Program-made: the position numbers and the translations under genes
Shown here: piece after piece, positions 1 to 7,752 of the stretch
How the letters are laid out: the number at the start of each line of letters is the position of its first letter
Numbering within the stretch: position 1 is the first letter of the stretch
The notes under the pieces: generated by a model
Seen by the model: only the letters and a program-made list of their open reading frames with translations
The model's database searches: none
Told to the model about the DNA's origin: nothing
Origin: an uncultured Actinomycetota bacterium
GTDB lineage: Bacteria > Actinomycetota > Actinomycetes > Actinomycetales > Dermatophilaceae
NCBI GenBank assembly: GCA_963745335.1
Contig: CAVUXP010000010.1
Location: forward strand, 8,459-72,458
Direction of reading: 5' to 3'
DNA length: 64,000 nucleotides

Positions 1-897
1 ACGAGCATCGCCCTGTCAGGCCCATGGTCGAGATCCGTCACGGGTCCGCTCATCGTCGTCTCCGGGGTGACGATGAGCGTGCTCGCCGTCGACGTCATGA
101 CCGGATCCCGCCTCCAGCTGTCCTCGCTCATGGGTCTCCAACCGGTCATCGCCGGCCGGTTCTACGGCATGGGCAACGTGACCTTCGCCCTCTTCGCGAC
201 CTCGGCCCTGTTCCTCGCCACCGGTCTGTCCTCCCTCGTCGTCCGGCAGAGCCGGACCCGGGCGGCGGCCATCGTCGCCATCATCGGCGGCGCGGCGGTC
301 ATCGTCGACGGCGCGCCGTTCTGGGGCGCCGACGGCGGCGGCCCCCCGGCCCTCGTCCCCGGCATCGCCTACTTCGTCCTCGCCGTCCTCGGGATCCGGA
401 TGACGATCCGCCGCGGGCTGCTCATCGCTCTCGGCTCCGTCCTGCTCTTCCTCACCATCGCGGTGATCGACTGGCTCCGCCCCCCGGAGCAGCGCAGCCA
501 CCTCGGCGCCTTCATCCAGGCGATCATCGACGGCAACGCCTCCGACATCGTCATCCGCAAGGCCCAGCAGAACTTCGAGATCCTCCACAGCAACATGCCA
601 CTCACCCTGCTCGTGCCGGCGGCGCTCATCTTCGTCTTCTACGTCCTCGCCCGGCCGACCTCCTGGGGGTCCCGGTCCCTCCACGGCTCGTTCGAGGCCG
701 TGCCGACCCTGCGCCCGGGGCTCGTCGCCGTCCTCGTCACGGTGACGATCGGCTTCGCCATCAACGACTCCGGCGTCGCGATCCCCGCCGTCGCCGCGAC
801 GGTCGGCGTCCCGCTCATCGTGTCGGTCGCCGTCCGCGTCCTCGAGGACGAGGCCCGGGCCACCGCCCCCACCCGGGCGACCCGGCGTCGCCGGTAG
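1..897 (+). CDS. integral membrane protein, C-terminal portion (gene starts upstream of window)
   Basis: Frame is open from base 1 to the stop at 895-897. Translation is a series of hydrophobic helices (GRFYGMGNVTFALFATSALFLATGL, LLFLTIAVIDWL, LVAVLVTVTIGFAINDSG). Strong G/C third-position bias. Confidence 0.6.
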   Translation, partial: TSIALSGPWSRSVTGPLIVVSGVTMSVLAVDVMTGSRLQLSSLMGLQPVIAGRFYGMGNVTFALFATSALFLATGLSSLVVRQSRTRAAAIVAIIGGAAVIVDGAPFWGADGGGPPALVPGIAYFVLAVLGIRMTIRRGLLIALGSVLLFLTIAVIDWLRPPEQRSHLGAFIQAIIDGNASDIVIRKAQQNFEILHSNMPLTLLVPAALIFVFYVLARPTSWGSRSLHGSFEAVPTLRPGLVAVLVTVTIGFAINDSGVAIPAVAATVGVPLIVSVAVRVLEDEARATAPTRATRRRR

Positions 898-966
898 GCC
901 CGGGCCACCATCCGGTATGCCGCGGCCTCGGGCCGCGCCGTGGCGGCGCCGGGTCGCGGTCCTCGG

Positions 967-1701
967 TCAGCGGCGGCGGAGGCGACGGGCGGTGAGGGCC
1001 AGCCAGACGTCGCGGTACTGCGCGGCGCGGTGCAGCTGGCTGCGCAGGTCGGTCCCGCTCACCCGGTGCTGCAGCTCGCACGGCACCTCGAGCACCCGCA
1101 GCCCCGCGGTGAGGACGTCGGTCGTCAGCCCGACCTCGACGCCCCAGCCGCGGGCCAAGGGCGAGGCCGCGGCGTACGCCTCGGCGGTGAGGCAGCGCAT
1201 CCCGGACAGGGGCTGCACGGGGCTGAACCCGGTGAGCCGCTCGATCCCGTCGCGGGCGAGACGGACGACGAACCCGTGCCCGCCGCCGGCGCTCGCCTGG
1301 GGCGGGAGCGTCGCGATCGTCATGTCGGCCTCACCGGCGGCAACCGGCGTGACGAGAACGGACAGGTTCGCGGCGGTCTCCTGGAGGTCCCCGTCGACGA
1401 AGAGGAGATGCCGGGGCGGGTGTCCCTCGCGGGCCTCCTCGGACCGGACCCGGACGACGCCGGTCTGCAGAGCCGCCGCCTTCCCCCGGTTGCGCGGGTG
1501 TCGGACGACGAGCGCGCCCGCCCGCTCGGCCACCGCCGCGGTGTCGTCCGTGCTCCCGTCGTCCACGACGACGACGAGGTCGACCTCGGGCAGGTCGCGC
1601 ACCGCCGCGATCGTCGCCTCGATCCGGTCGGCCTCGTCCTTGCACGGCACCACCGCCGCGACGCCCGGGTGGGGAGTCGGTGTGCTCGGCTGGTCGGGCA
1701 T
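967..1701 (-). CDS. family 2 glycosyltransferase
   Basis: ORF 967..1869 trimmed to the ATG at 1699-1701 (MPDQPST). GT-A motifs VVVDDGSTDDT, NRGKAAAL and FVDGD (DxD). Confidence 0.8.
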   Translation of the reverse strand: MPDQPSTPTPHPGVAAVVPCKDEADRIEATIAAVRDLPEVDLVVVVDDGSTDDTAAVAERAGALVVRHPRNRGKAAALQTGVVRVRSEEAREGHPPRHLLFVDGDLQETAANLSVLVTPVAAGEADMTIATLPPQASAGGGHGFVVRLARDGIERLTGFSPVQPLSGMRCLTAEAYAAASPLARGWGVEVGLTTDVLTAGLRVLEVPCELQHRVSGTDLRSQLHRAAQYRDVWLALTARRLRRR

Positions 1702-1709
1702 CGATGACC

Positions 1710-2603
1710 TCAGCGGAGGGTGACCTGGCGGCTCAGCAGCCCGGAACGGGCCCGGCGCTCCTCGGCGGTGAGGGGGGAGTCGGAGGCGAGGGCCGCGGCA
1801 TACCGGGTGCCCCACGCGGCAAGGGGCTCCTCGTAGTCCTCGGCCTCCAGCTCCGGGTCGAGGTCCCACACCGGGACGAGGAGCCCGCAGCTGCGGAACG
1901 CGCCGAGCAGCCGGGTGCCCTCACCGAGGCCGTCGTCGCCGGCCGCGTGGAGGCGAGCCAGCGCGTCGGTGGCCGCGTCCTCGTCGTCGGGCAGGACGAG
2001 CCGGACGTGGGTGCGGTCGCCGAGCCGGACCCAGTAGGCCGACGGGAGTGCCGCCAGCCGCACGGTCGGCACGACGGCCTCGTTGGCCCGTTCGAGCGAC
2101 TCCTGACCGTCCTCGTCGAGCTCCTGGCCCTCGACCCAGAAGTCGAAGCCGTCGTGGAGGACGACCTCGATCGGCGCCGAGGTGTCGATGAGGTCCTGCA
2201 ACCGGGGGGTCTGCGCCGTCGGCGGCGGAACGGTGACGAGCGGGGTGCCGGCCTCCAGCTCGGTCGTCGCGAGGATCTGCCCCGCGAGGTCACGGGAGGC
2301 GTCGCCGGACGACCCGCCGGACTGGGTGGCCACGAGGAGGGTGCCGTCGTTGCGGTGCAGCCCCGGCCAGGCGAGGGGCAGGACCGTCGTCACCGTCACC
2401 TCGGCGCCCTTCTCGGGGGCGGCCGGACCGACGAGGGTCACCGTCGCGGTCGCCGCCGGCAGGATCTCGCGGATGGCGACCCACTCGGTCTCGCCGGGCA
2501 GGCCCGCGAACGGACGGGGGTCGAAGCGGACCGGCTCGGGGCGCGTGCGCCGGGCAGCGGTCTGGCCGTCGGCGGAGCGACGGCGGCGAGAGGCCTTACC
2601 CAT
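1710..2603 (-). CDS. conserved actinobacterial protein, DUF5926-like
   Basis: MGKASRRRR basic N-terminus; EWVAIREILPAATA, LLVPVWDLD and C-terminal SRQVTLR match my memory of the DUF5926 family. ATG at 2601-2603. Confidence 0.6.
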   Translation of the reverse strand: MGKASRRRRSADGQTAARRTRPEPVRFDPRPFAGLPGETEWVAIREILPAATATVTLVGPAAPEKGAEVTVTTVLPLAWPGLHRNDGTLLVATQSGGSSGDASRDLAGQILATTELEAGTPLVTVPPPTAQTPRLQDLIDTSAPIEVVLHDGFDFWVEGQELDEDGQESLERANEAVVPTVRLAALPSAYWVRLGDRTHVRLVLPDDEDAATDALARLHAAGDDGLGEGTRLLGAFRSCGLLVPVWDLDPELEAEDYEEPLAAWGTRYAAALASDSPLTAEERRARSGLLSRQVTLR

Positions 2604-2705
2604 GACGACCACCCTAACGGGCTGCGGCGGGGCCCGATGCGCACCCGGCCGCCGGACGGGGGCGGTACCGGGACCGCTTCGCGACGGTGCGTGCGCCGAG
2701 GGCGC

Positions 2706-3134
2706 TCAGGTGGCCCGGCGGCGGGTCGGGCCACCGAGGGAGGCCCAGACCGTGACGGCGCCGCGGTCCTCGATGACGCCCCACTCGTGGGCGAGGGAGC
2801 GGACGATGCGCAGGCCGCGGCCGGTCGGCGACCACACGGTGCGCGGGGCGGGCCGTGGGGAGGTCGTGCCCCCGCCGTCGGTGACGTCGATCTCGACGAT
2901 GGTCCCGCGGACCTTCCACTTGACGCGCATCGTGCCGTCGGTGAGCGGCGTCGCATGCCGGACGGCATTGGCGACGAGCTCGGAGACGACGATCTCGGCC
3001 TCGTCGATGAGCTGCTCGGGCAGCTGTCGGGCCTCGAGGTCGAGAACGAGGGCGTGCCGGACCTGGGCGACGGAGGCCGCGGACCACGGGGCGCGGATCA
3101 CCTGACCCGACCCGTCGCCCGCCGCGCCGCTCAT
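2706..3134 (-). CDS. ATP-binding anti-sigma-factor-like protein (RsbW/SpoIIAB-type HATPase)
   Basis: VVSELVANAVRHA (N-box) and SPTGRGLRIVRSLA (G-box) in ORF 2706..3272. ATG at 3132-3134 taken as start; an upstream GTG is possible. Confidence 0.7.
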   Translation of the reverse strand: MSGAAGDGSGQVIRAPWSAASVAQVRHALVLDLEARQLPEQLIDEAEIVVSELVANAVRHATPLTDGTMRVKWKVRGTIVEIDVTDGGGTTSPRPAPRTVWSPTGRGLRIVRSLAHEWGVIEDRGAVTVWASLGGPTRRRAT

Positions 3135-3240
3135 GTCGATCGGCTCACCGTGGGACAGCACCACGCGCCCGCTCCCCACCGTGGGGACGGGCTCGGCTGT
3201 GGTCTGTTTTGGGGCGCTCACCACCCAGAATGGTAACGAA

Positions 3241-4173
3241 TCACGCGTGTTCCGACACCAGGTCGAGAACATCCGCGGGACGGTTGGTGATGATGACGTC
3301 CACGCCGAGGTCGAGGCATCGCTCGATGTCCTCCCTCCGGTCCACCGTCCACACGTAGACCTGGTGGCCCCGGCGCTGGTGCGCCCGAACGGCTTTCGTG
3401 CTTCGCCGGACGATCTTCATGTCCAACCCGACGGCATGGACTCCCTTGGGGAGGGACCCGTCCCACGAGAGGGCGGGAGTGCCCCGCTCGACGAGATAGA
3501 CGAGGGGAACCCGGGGGGCCAGGGCGCGCAGCCGCTGCAGGGCGATGGCCGAGAAGGACATGACCCGCACGTGCGGAAGTCCCGGCCGGTCGCCGTCGGC
3601 CAGCCCGTACTCCCTCAGCACCTGGACGAGCTGGCGCTCGACGAGACCGCCGTAGCGGGTGGGGTGCTTGGTCTCGATGAGGGTGACCGGCTCGCCCTCC
3701 TGGGAGCTGAGCGCATCAAGCAGCCGTCGGAGCGTCAGCAGGTGGCCGCGCTCGGGGTCGGAGTCCGGCGCCTCGGCCTCGTCGGCCCGCTGCTCGTGCT
3801 TCCAGGACGCCCAGTCGAGCTGCTGGAGGTGCGCGAGCTCGAGGGTCGAGACGACGCCGTGCCCGTTGCTCGTCCGGTCGACCCGTCGATCGTGGACGCA
3901 GACGAGATGGGTGTCCGCCGTCAGCCGGACGTCGCACTCGACCCCGTGGGCCCCCTCGCGTGCCGCTCGCAGATAGGCCGCGAGGGTGTGCTCCGCTTCG
4001 ACGGCACTGGCGCCGCGATGGGCGATGACGACGGGGGTCGACCGAGTCAGCGACAGGGGCAGCTCGCTCACCGGACCATCGTTGCAGACGACGTCGACCG
4101 GAGGATCACCGGCACACGACGATCGGGTGAACTCCCGAGCCCGGCTCCCCCGTCCGGCGCGGGCGCGACTCAC
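3241..4173 (-). CDS. glycerophosphodiester phosphodiesterase
   Basis: VIAHRGASAVEAEHTLAAY, GVECDVRLTADTHLV and VYVWTVD are GDPD-family motifs. The true start may be the internal GTG near 4071. Confidence 0.85.
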   Translation of the reverse strand: MSRARAGRGSRAREFTRSSCAGDPPVDVVCNDGPVSELPLSLTRSTPVVIAHRGASAVEAEHTLAAYLRAAREGAHGVECDVRLTADTHLVCVHDRRVDRTSNGHGVVSTLELAHLQQLDWASWKHEQRADEAEAPDSDPERGHLLTLRRLLDALSSQEGEPVTLIETKHPTRYGGLVERQLVQVLREYGLADGDRPGLPHVRVMSFSAIALQRLRALAPRVPLVYLVERGTPALSWDGSLPKGVHAVGLDMKIVRRSTKAVRAHQRRGHQVYVWTVDRREDIERCLDLGVDVIITNRPADVLDLVSEHA

Positions 4174-4202
4174 AGACGGGCGAGCCCTACCGTTGACCCA
4201 TC

Positions 4203-4685
4203 GTGAGCCTGCCGCCCTTCCAGCACCTCGTCGACGCCCACTGGCGCGATGTCGCCCGCCTCGCCCACGCCCTCGCCGGGCCGGTCGACGGGGACGACGT
4301 GGCCCAGCAGGCCTGGACGCAGGCGCTCGCGGCCTACCCGCGGCTCACGAGCACCCGGAACCTGCGTGGCTGGCTGCTCACGATCACCCACCGCTGCGCG
4401 ATGGATGTCCACCGCGGGCGGGCACGACGCGCCGTTCCCCACGAGGACCCCTCCGTCCTCGCCGAGGCACCGGCCCTGCCGCCCCCCGAGCCCGGCGACG
4501 ACGGCCTGTGGGCCCGGGTCGCGTCCCTGCCGGCGCGACAGCGCGAGGCCGTCGTCCTCCGCTTCGTCGCCGACCTCGACCACCGCCACATCGCCGAGGC
4601 CCTCGGCACCACCCCGACGATGAGCCGCCGGCTCGTCAGCGACGCCCTCGCCGCCTTGCGCCTCGAACCGGAGGATGCGCCATGA
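4203..4685 (+). CDS. ECF-type sigma-70 family RNA polymerase sigma factor
   Basis: Region 2 (DVAQQAWTQAL, GWLLTITHRCAMDVHR) and region 4 HTH (LPARQREAVVLRFVADLDHRHIAEALG). Stop overlaps the next start (ATGA at 4682-4685). Confidence 0.8.
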   Translation: MSLPPFQHLVDAHWRDVARLAHALAGPVDGDDVAQQAWTQALAAYPRLTSTRNLRGWLLTITHRCAMDVHRGRARRAVPHEDPSVLAEAPALPPPEPGDDGLWARVASLPARQREAVVLRFVADLDHRHIAEALGTTPTMSRRLVSDALAALRLEPEDAP

Positions 4686-5267
4686 CCAACCCCCTCAGCG
4701 AAGCCTTCACCCCCGACGTCCACCCGCCCACGCTGCCGACGACCGACGTCTCCTACGTCCTCGAGGACACCGCCGTCGGCCGGATGCTCCTCGCCGTCAC
4801 GGCCGAGGGGGCACTGGTCGCCAGCGCGTATGCCCCCGACACCACCGCCGAGGACACCGTGCTCCAGCGGCTCGCCGACCGGGTCAGCCCGCGGGTCCTG
4901 CGTCACGCGGGGCCGCTGGACGGGGCGCGGCGCGAGCTCGCGGCATACCTGGCTGGCCGGACGCGGACCCTCGACCATCGCACCGACCTCGCCCTCGCCG
5001 GCCCGTTCCAGCGCGAGGTTCTCACGACGCTCGCGGAGACCGTCCGCTTCGGCGAGCGCACGACGTACGGCGCGCTGGCCGCCGCGGCCGAGCATCCCGG
5101 CGCGTCGAGGGCGGTCGGCACCGCCCTCGGCCACAACCCGCTGTGCATCTTCGTCGCGTGCCACCGGGTGCTCCCGGCCGGCGCGCCGGGAGGGCGGCGA
5201 CGTGGGCGGGTATGCCGGGGGCCCGGCCGCCAAGGCCTTCCTCCTCGCGCTCGAGCAGCGGCGCTAG
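4682..5267 (+). pseudogene. ogt: methylated-DNA-protein-cysteine methyltransferase (Ogt), frame-shifted as assembled
   Basis: The N-terminal part lies in the frame of ORF 3986..6778 (MTNPLSEAF ... GHNPLCIFVACHRVL). The C-terminal GGYAGGPAAKAFLLALEQRR* lies in the frame of ORF 4830..5267. Span length is 586 nt (not a multiple of 3), with the shift near 5175-5192. Confidence 0.8.
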
Positions 5268-6706
5268 CCGGTCCTCGGCGGCGGGACCTCGTCGAGCGCG
5301 CCGCGCGCCTCGAGCTCGGCGACCAGCCGCGCGTGCATCGTCTCGTCGATGACGAACTTCGCCCGCCAGATGAGGTATCCGACGACGACACACGCTGCCG
5401 GGATGACCATCATCGCGACCTTGACGATGGCGATGCCCCCGCTCGTCATGTCCGCCGGCCCGGAGGCGTCGTTGATGCCGGACAGGATCGCCGCGGCCCC
5501 GACGATGGCGGTGTTCATGGCGCCCGAGGTCTTGTTGATGAAGGGCTGGAGCGCGAAGGTGACGGCGTTGTTGCGCTGGCCGAGCTTGACCTGTCCGTAC
5601 TCGATCGTGTCCGCCTGGAAGACGATCATGAGCAGCTGGATGACGGCCGCCGCGAGGAAGAGCGAGAAGGCGGCGATGCCGAGGACGAGGAGGTTCATCG
5701 GCGCGACGATGAACAGTGCATACGACGCGAGGGCGACGACGGTGGCGATCGTGTAGAGCCGGCCCCGCCGCCACCGCTTGCTGAACCAGGGGAAGAGGGC
5801 GAAGCCGGCGAGCTGCCCCACGCCGACGAAGACCGCGAAGAGCGGGAAGACGCCCTCGTCGCCGTAGACGTACTTGAAGAAGTAGAGCCCGAAGGCGCCG
5901 GTCGTGCCGTAGCCGACCATGAAGAGCAGGTATGCCGTGGCCGTCCAGAGCAGCTGGTCGTTGCGGAACAGGGCGCGCGCCAGCTCGCGGAGCCCGGTGG
6001 GCGCGCCGCTGAGGTCGACCCCCCGCGGCTCGCGCACGCCGAGGACGGTCACCGCCATGCCGAGGAGCATGACGACGACGATGGCGACGGCCGCGAGCTG
6101 GAAGGCCCGGGTGGCGCTGCCGGTCGCGGAGGTGAGGGCGTCCGTCAGCGGGACGATCCCGGCGACGACCGCGAACTGGCCGATGCTGGCGAAGATCTTG
6201 GCCACCGAACCGAGGTCCTCGCGCTCCGTCGGGTTGAGCGACAGGGCGGGCAGCTGGGACCAGTAGGGGATGTCGTGCGCCGTCCAGCTGATCCCCCACA
6301 GCAGGTTGAGGACCGCGAAGACGGCGACGAACGACGTGCCGCTGAGACCGGAGTCGGTGAAGAGGACGACGGTGAGCAGGGCCGACGCGAGACCGCCGAC
6401 GACGAGCCACGGCTTGAACTGGCCCCACCGGGAGCGGGTGCTGTCGACGACCGCCCCCATGACCGGGTCGAGGAGCGCGTCGACGATGCGGATCGCGAGC
6501 AGCAGGCCGGTGATCCACCACATCGTCGAGTTGGGGACGTTGACGATGTCGGTGAGGTAGTAGATGAGGTAGAGCGAGACGAGGGCGTAGACCATGTCGC
6601 GTCCGAGGGTGCCGACGCCGAAGGTCCACCGGTTGCGGGCGAACTCCGCCGTGCGCGTTGCGCTCGCGGGGAGCGGCTCCGGAACCGCGGCCGTCGTCTC
6701 GCTCAT
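5264..6706 (-). CDS. glycoside-pentoside-hexuronide (GPH) family cation symporter
   Basis: ORF 5264..7228 trimmed to ATG 6704-6706 (MSETTAAV). Twelve-helix profile with LDPVMGAVVDSTRSRWGQFKPW, typical of MelB/YicJ-type carriers. Confidence 0.85.
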   Translation of the reverse strand: MSETTAAVPEPLPASATRTAEFARNRWTFGVGTLGRDMVYALVSLYLIYYLTDIVNVPNSTMWWITGLLLAIRIVDALLDPVMGAVVDSTRSRWGQFKPWLVVGGLASALLTVVLFTDSGLSGTSFVAVFAVLNLLWGISWTAHDIPYWSQLPALSLNPTEREDLGSVAKIFASIGQFAVVAGIVPLTDALTSATGSATRAFQLAAVAIVVVMLLGMAVTVLGVREPRGVDLSGAPTGLRELARALFRNDQLLWTATAYLLFMVGYGTTGAFGLYFFKYVYGDEGVFPLFAVFVGVGQLAGFALFPWFSKRWRRGRLYTIATVVALASYALFIVAPMNLLVLGIAAFSLFLAAAVIQLLMIVFQADTIEYGQVKLGQRNNAVTFALQPFINKTSGAMNTAIVGAAAILSGINDASGPADMTSGGIAIVKVAMMVIPAACVVVGYLIWRAKFVIDETMHARLVAELEARGALDEVPPPRTG

Positions 6707-6824
6707 GGCGGCATACTCCTCCACCCCATCGGCCCGGCGATAGTGCCGCACGGCGGCACCGACGACATCGCCGGGTAGGCGTCGCACCCCCACGGACGGC
6801 GCGGCGCGGCATCCTCCGTCGGGT

Positions 6825-6852
6825 TGATATTCAACAAAAATGTTGAATATCA
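6825..6852. promoter_or_regulatory. 12-4-12 perfect inverted repeat, probable ArsR operator in a divergent promoter region
   Basis: TGATATTCAACA-AAAA-TGTTGAATATCA; an AT-rich island in GC-rich DNA between the GPH start (6706) and the ArsR start (6860). Confidence 0.6.
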
Positions 6853-6859
6853 TCCAGGG

Positions 6860-7222
6860 GTGACCATCGCCGTCGACGACCGCATCACCGAGACCTTCCG
6901 GGCGCTCGGCGACCCCGTGCGGTTCTCGATGGTCGAGTACCTCAGCCGCCACGGCGAGGCGACCGTCACCGATCTCGCCGGGTTGTTCCCCATCTCGCTC
7001 CAGGCCGTCTCGCGGCACATCAAGGTCCTGGAGAAGGCCGGGGTCGTCTCGCAGCACCGCCAGGGCCGCGAGCGCCCGGTCGCCCTCGAGTCCGAGGATG
7101 TCGCGGCCGCCGTCGGGTGGCTGACGGTACGGCTCGCGCGGCTGGAGCGGCGCTATGCCCGGCTCGACACCCTGCTGACCGAGCTCACCGAGCTCACCGA
7201 CGACGAGGACAACAGCCGATGA
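6860..7222 (+). CDS. ArsR/SmtB family transcriptional regulator
   Basis: FRALGDPVRFSMVEYL ... TVTDLAGLFPISLQAVSRHIKVLEKAGVV (winged HTH). GTG at 6860 preceded by AGGGG. The TTG at 6824 in the track lies inside the operator palindrome. Confidence 0.85.
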   Translation: MTIAVDDRITETFRALGDPVRFSMVEYLSRHGEATVTDLAGLFPISLQAVSRHIKVLEKAGVVSQHRQGRERPVALESEDVAAAVGWLTVRLARLERRYARLDTLLTELTELTDDEDNSR

Positions 7223-7704
7223 CCGCAACCACCGTCCACGCCCGCGCCGGGGAGATGGCCCTCACCTTCTCCCGCGAGTTCTCCGCTCCGGCGGCGCTCG
7301 TCTTCCGCGCCCACACCGAGTCCGACCTCTTCGCCCGGTGGATGGGGCCGGAGGGCACGACCTGCCGGATGGAGACCTTCGACGCCCGGACCGGCGGCGC
7401 CTTCCGCTACACCGTCGTCGGCCGGACCGCGACGTTCACCTTCTTCGGCGCCTACCACGAGGTCCGCGAGCCGGACCGGATCGTGCACACGTGGGAGTAC
7501 GAGGGTGACCCGGGGCGCCCGACCCTGGAGAGCCTCACCCTGGTCGACCTCCCGGACGGCCGGTGCCGGCTCGACGGCCTGTCGGTCTACACCTCGGCCG
7601 CGCACTGCGCCGAGATGCTCGCCTTCGACGAGACCGGTGCGGGCATGGACGAGAACTTCACCCGTCTCGACGGCGTCCTCGCCGCGCTCCGCACGGCACA
7701 CTAG
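7219..7704 (+). CDS. SRPBCC-superfamily protein, AHSA1 (activator of Hsp90 ATPase homolog 1-like) domain
   Basis: MTATTVHA ... FSAPAALVFRAHTESDLFARWMGPEG ... IVHTWEYEG. ATGA overlap with the ArsR stop. ArsR-AHSA1 pairing is a common module. Confidence 0.85.
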   Translation: MTATTVHARAGEMALTFSREFSAPAALVFRAHTESDLFARWMGPEGTTCRMETFDARTGGAFRYTVVGRTATFTFFGAYHEVREPDRIVHTWEYEGDPGRPTLESLTLVDLPDGRCRLDGLSVYTSAAHCAEMLAFDETGAGMDENFTRLDGVLAALRTAH

Positions 7705-7752
7705 GAGGATCGGCGCGCAACGAGGCGCGCGGGGTCAGCGGGGAGGCCAGCC

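Noticed and set aside
3986-6778. A 930-aa ORF, and similar very long ORFs at 1680..3236, 10321..11979, 11771..14188, 18533..20734 (upstream part), 50560..52236, 54149..55999, 58235..60778 and 60172..63033.
   Set aside because: Their translations are Arg/Pro/Gly/Asp-rich low-complexity text lying antisense to, or out of frame with, genes that have clear motifs. These are the typical shadow ORFs of high-GC DNA, where stop codons are rare. Only short stretches (for example the Ogt N-terminus inside 3986..6778) are real.
6824-6859. TTG start for the ArsR gene as given in the ORF track (MIFNKNVEYHPG...).
   Set aside because: These 12 codons are the AT-rich operator palindrome itself. The GTG at 6860 preceded by AGGGG gives a normal ArsR N-terminus.
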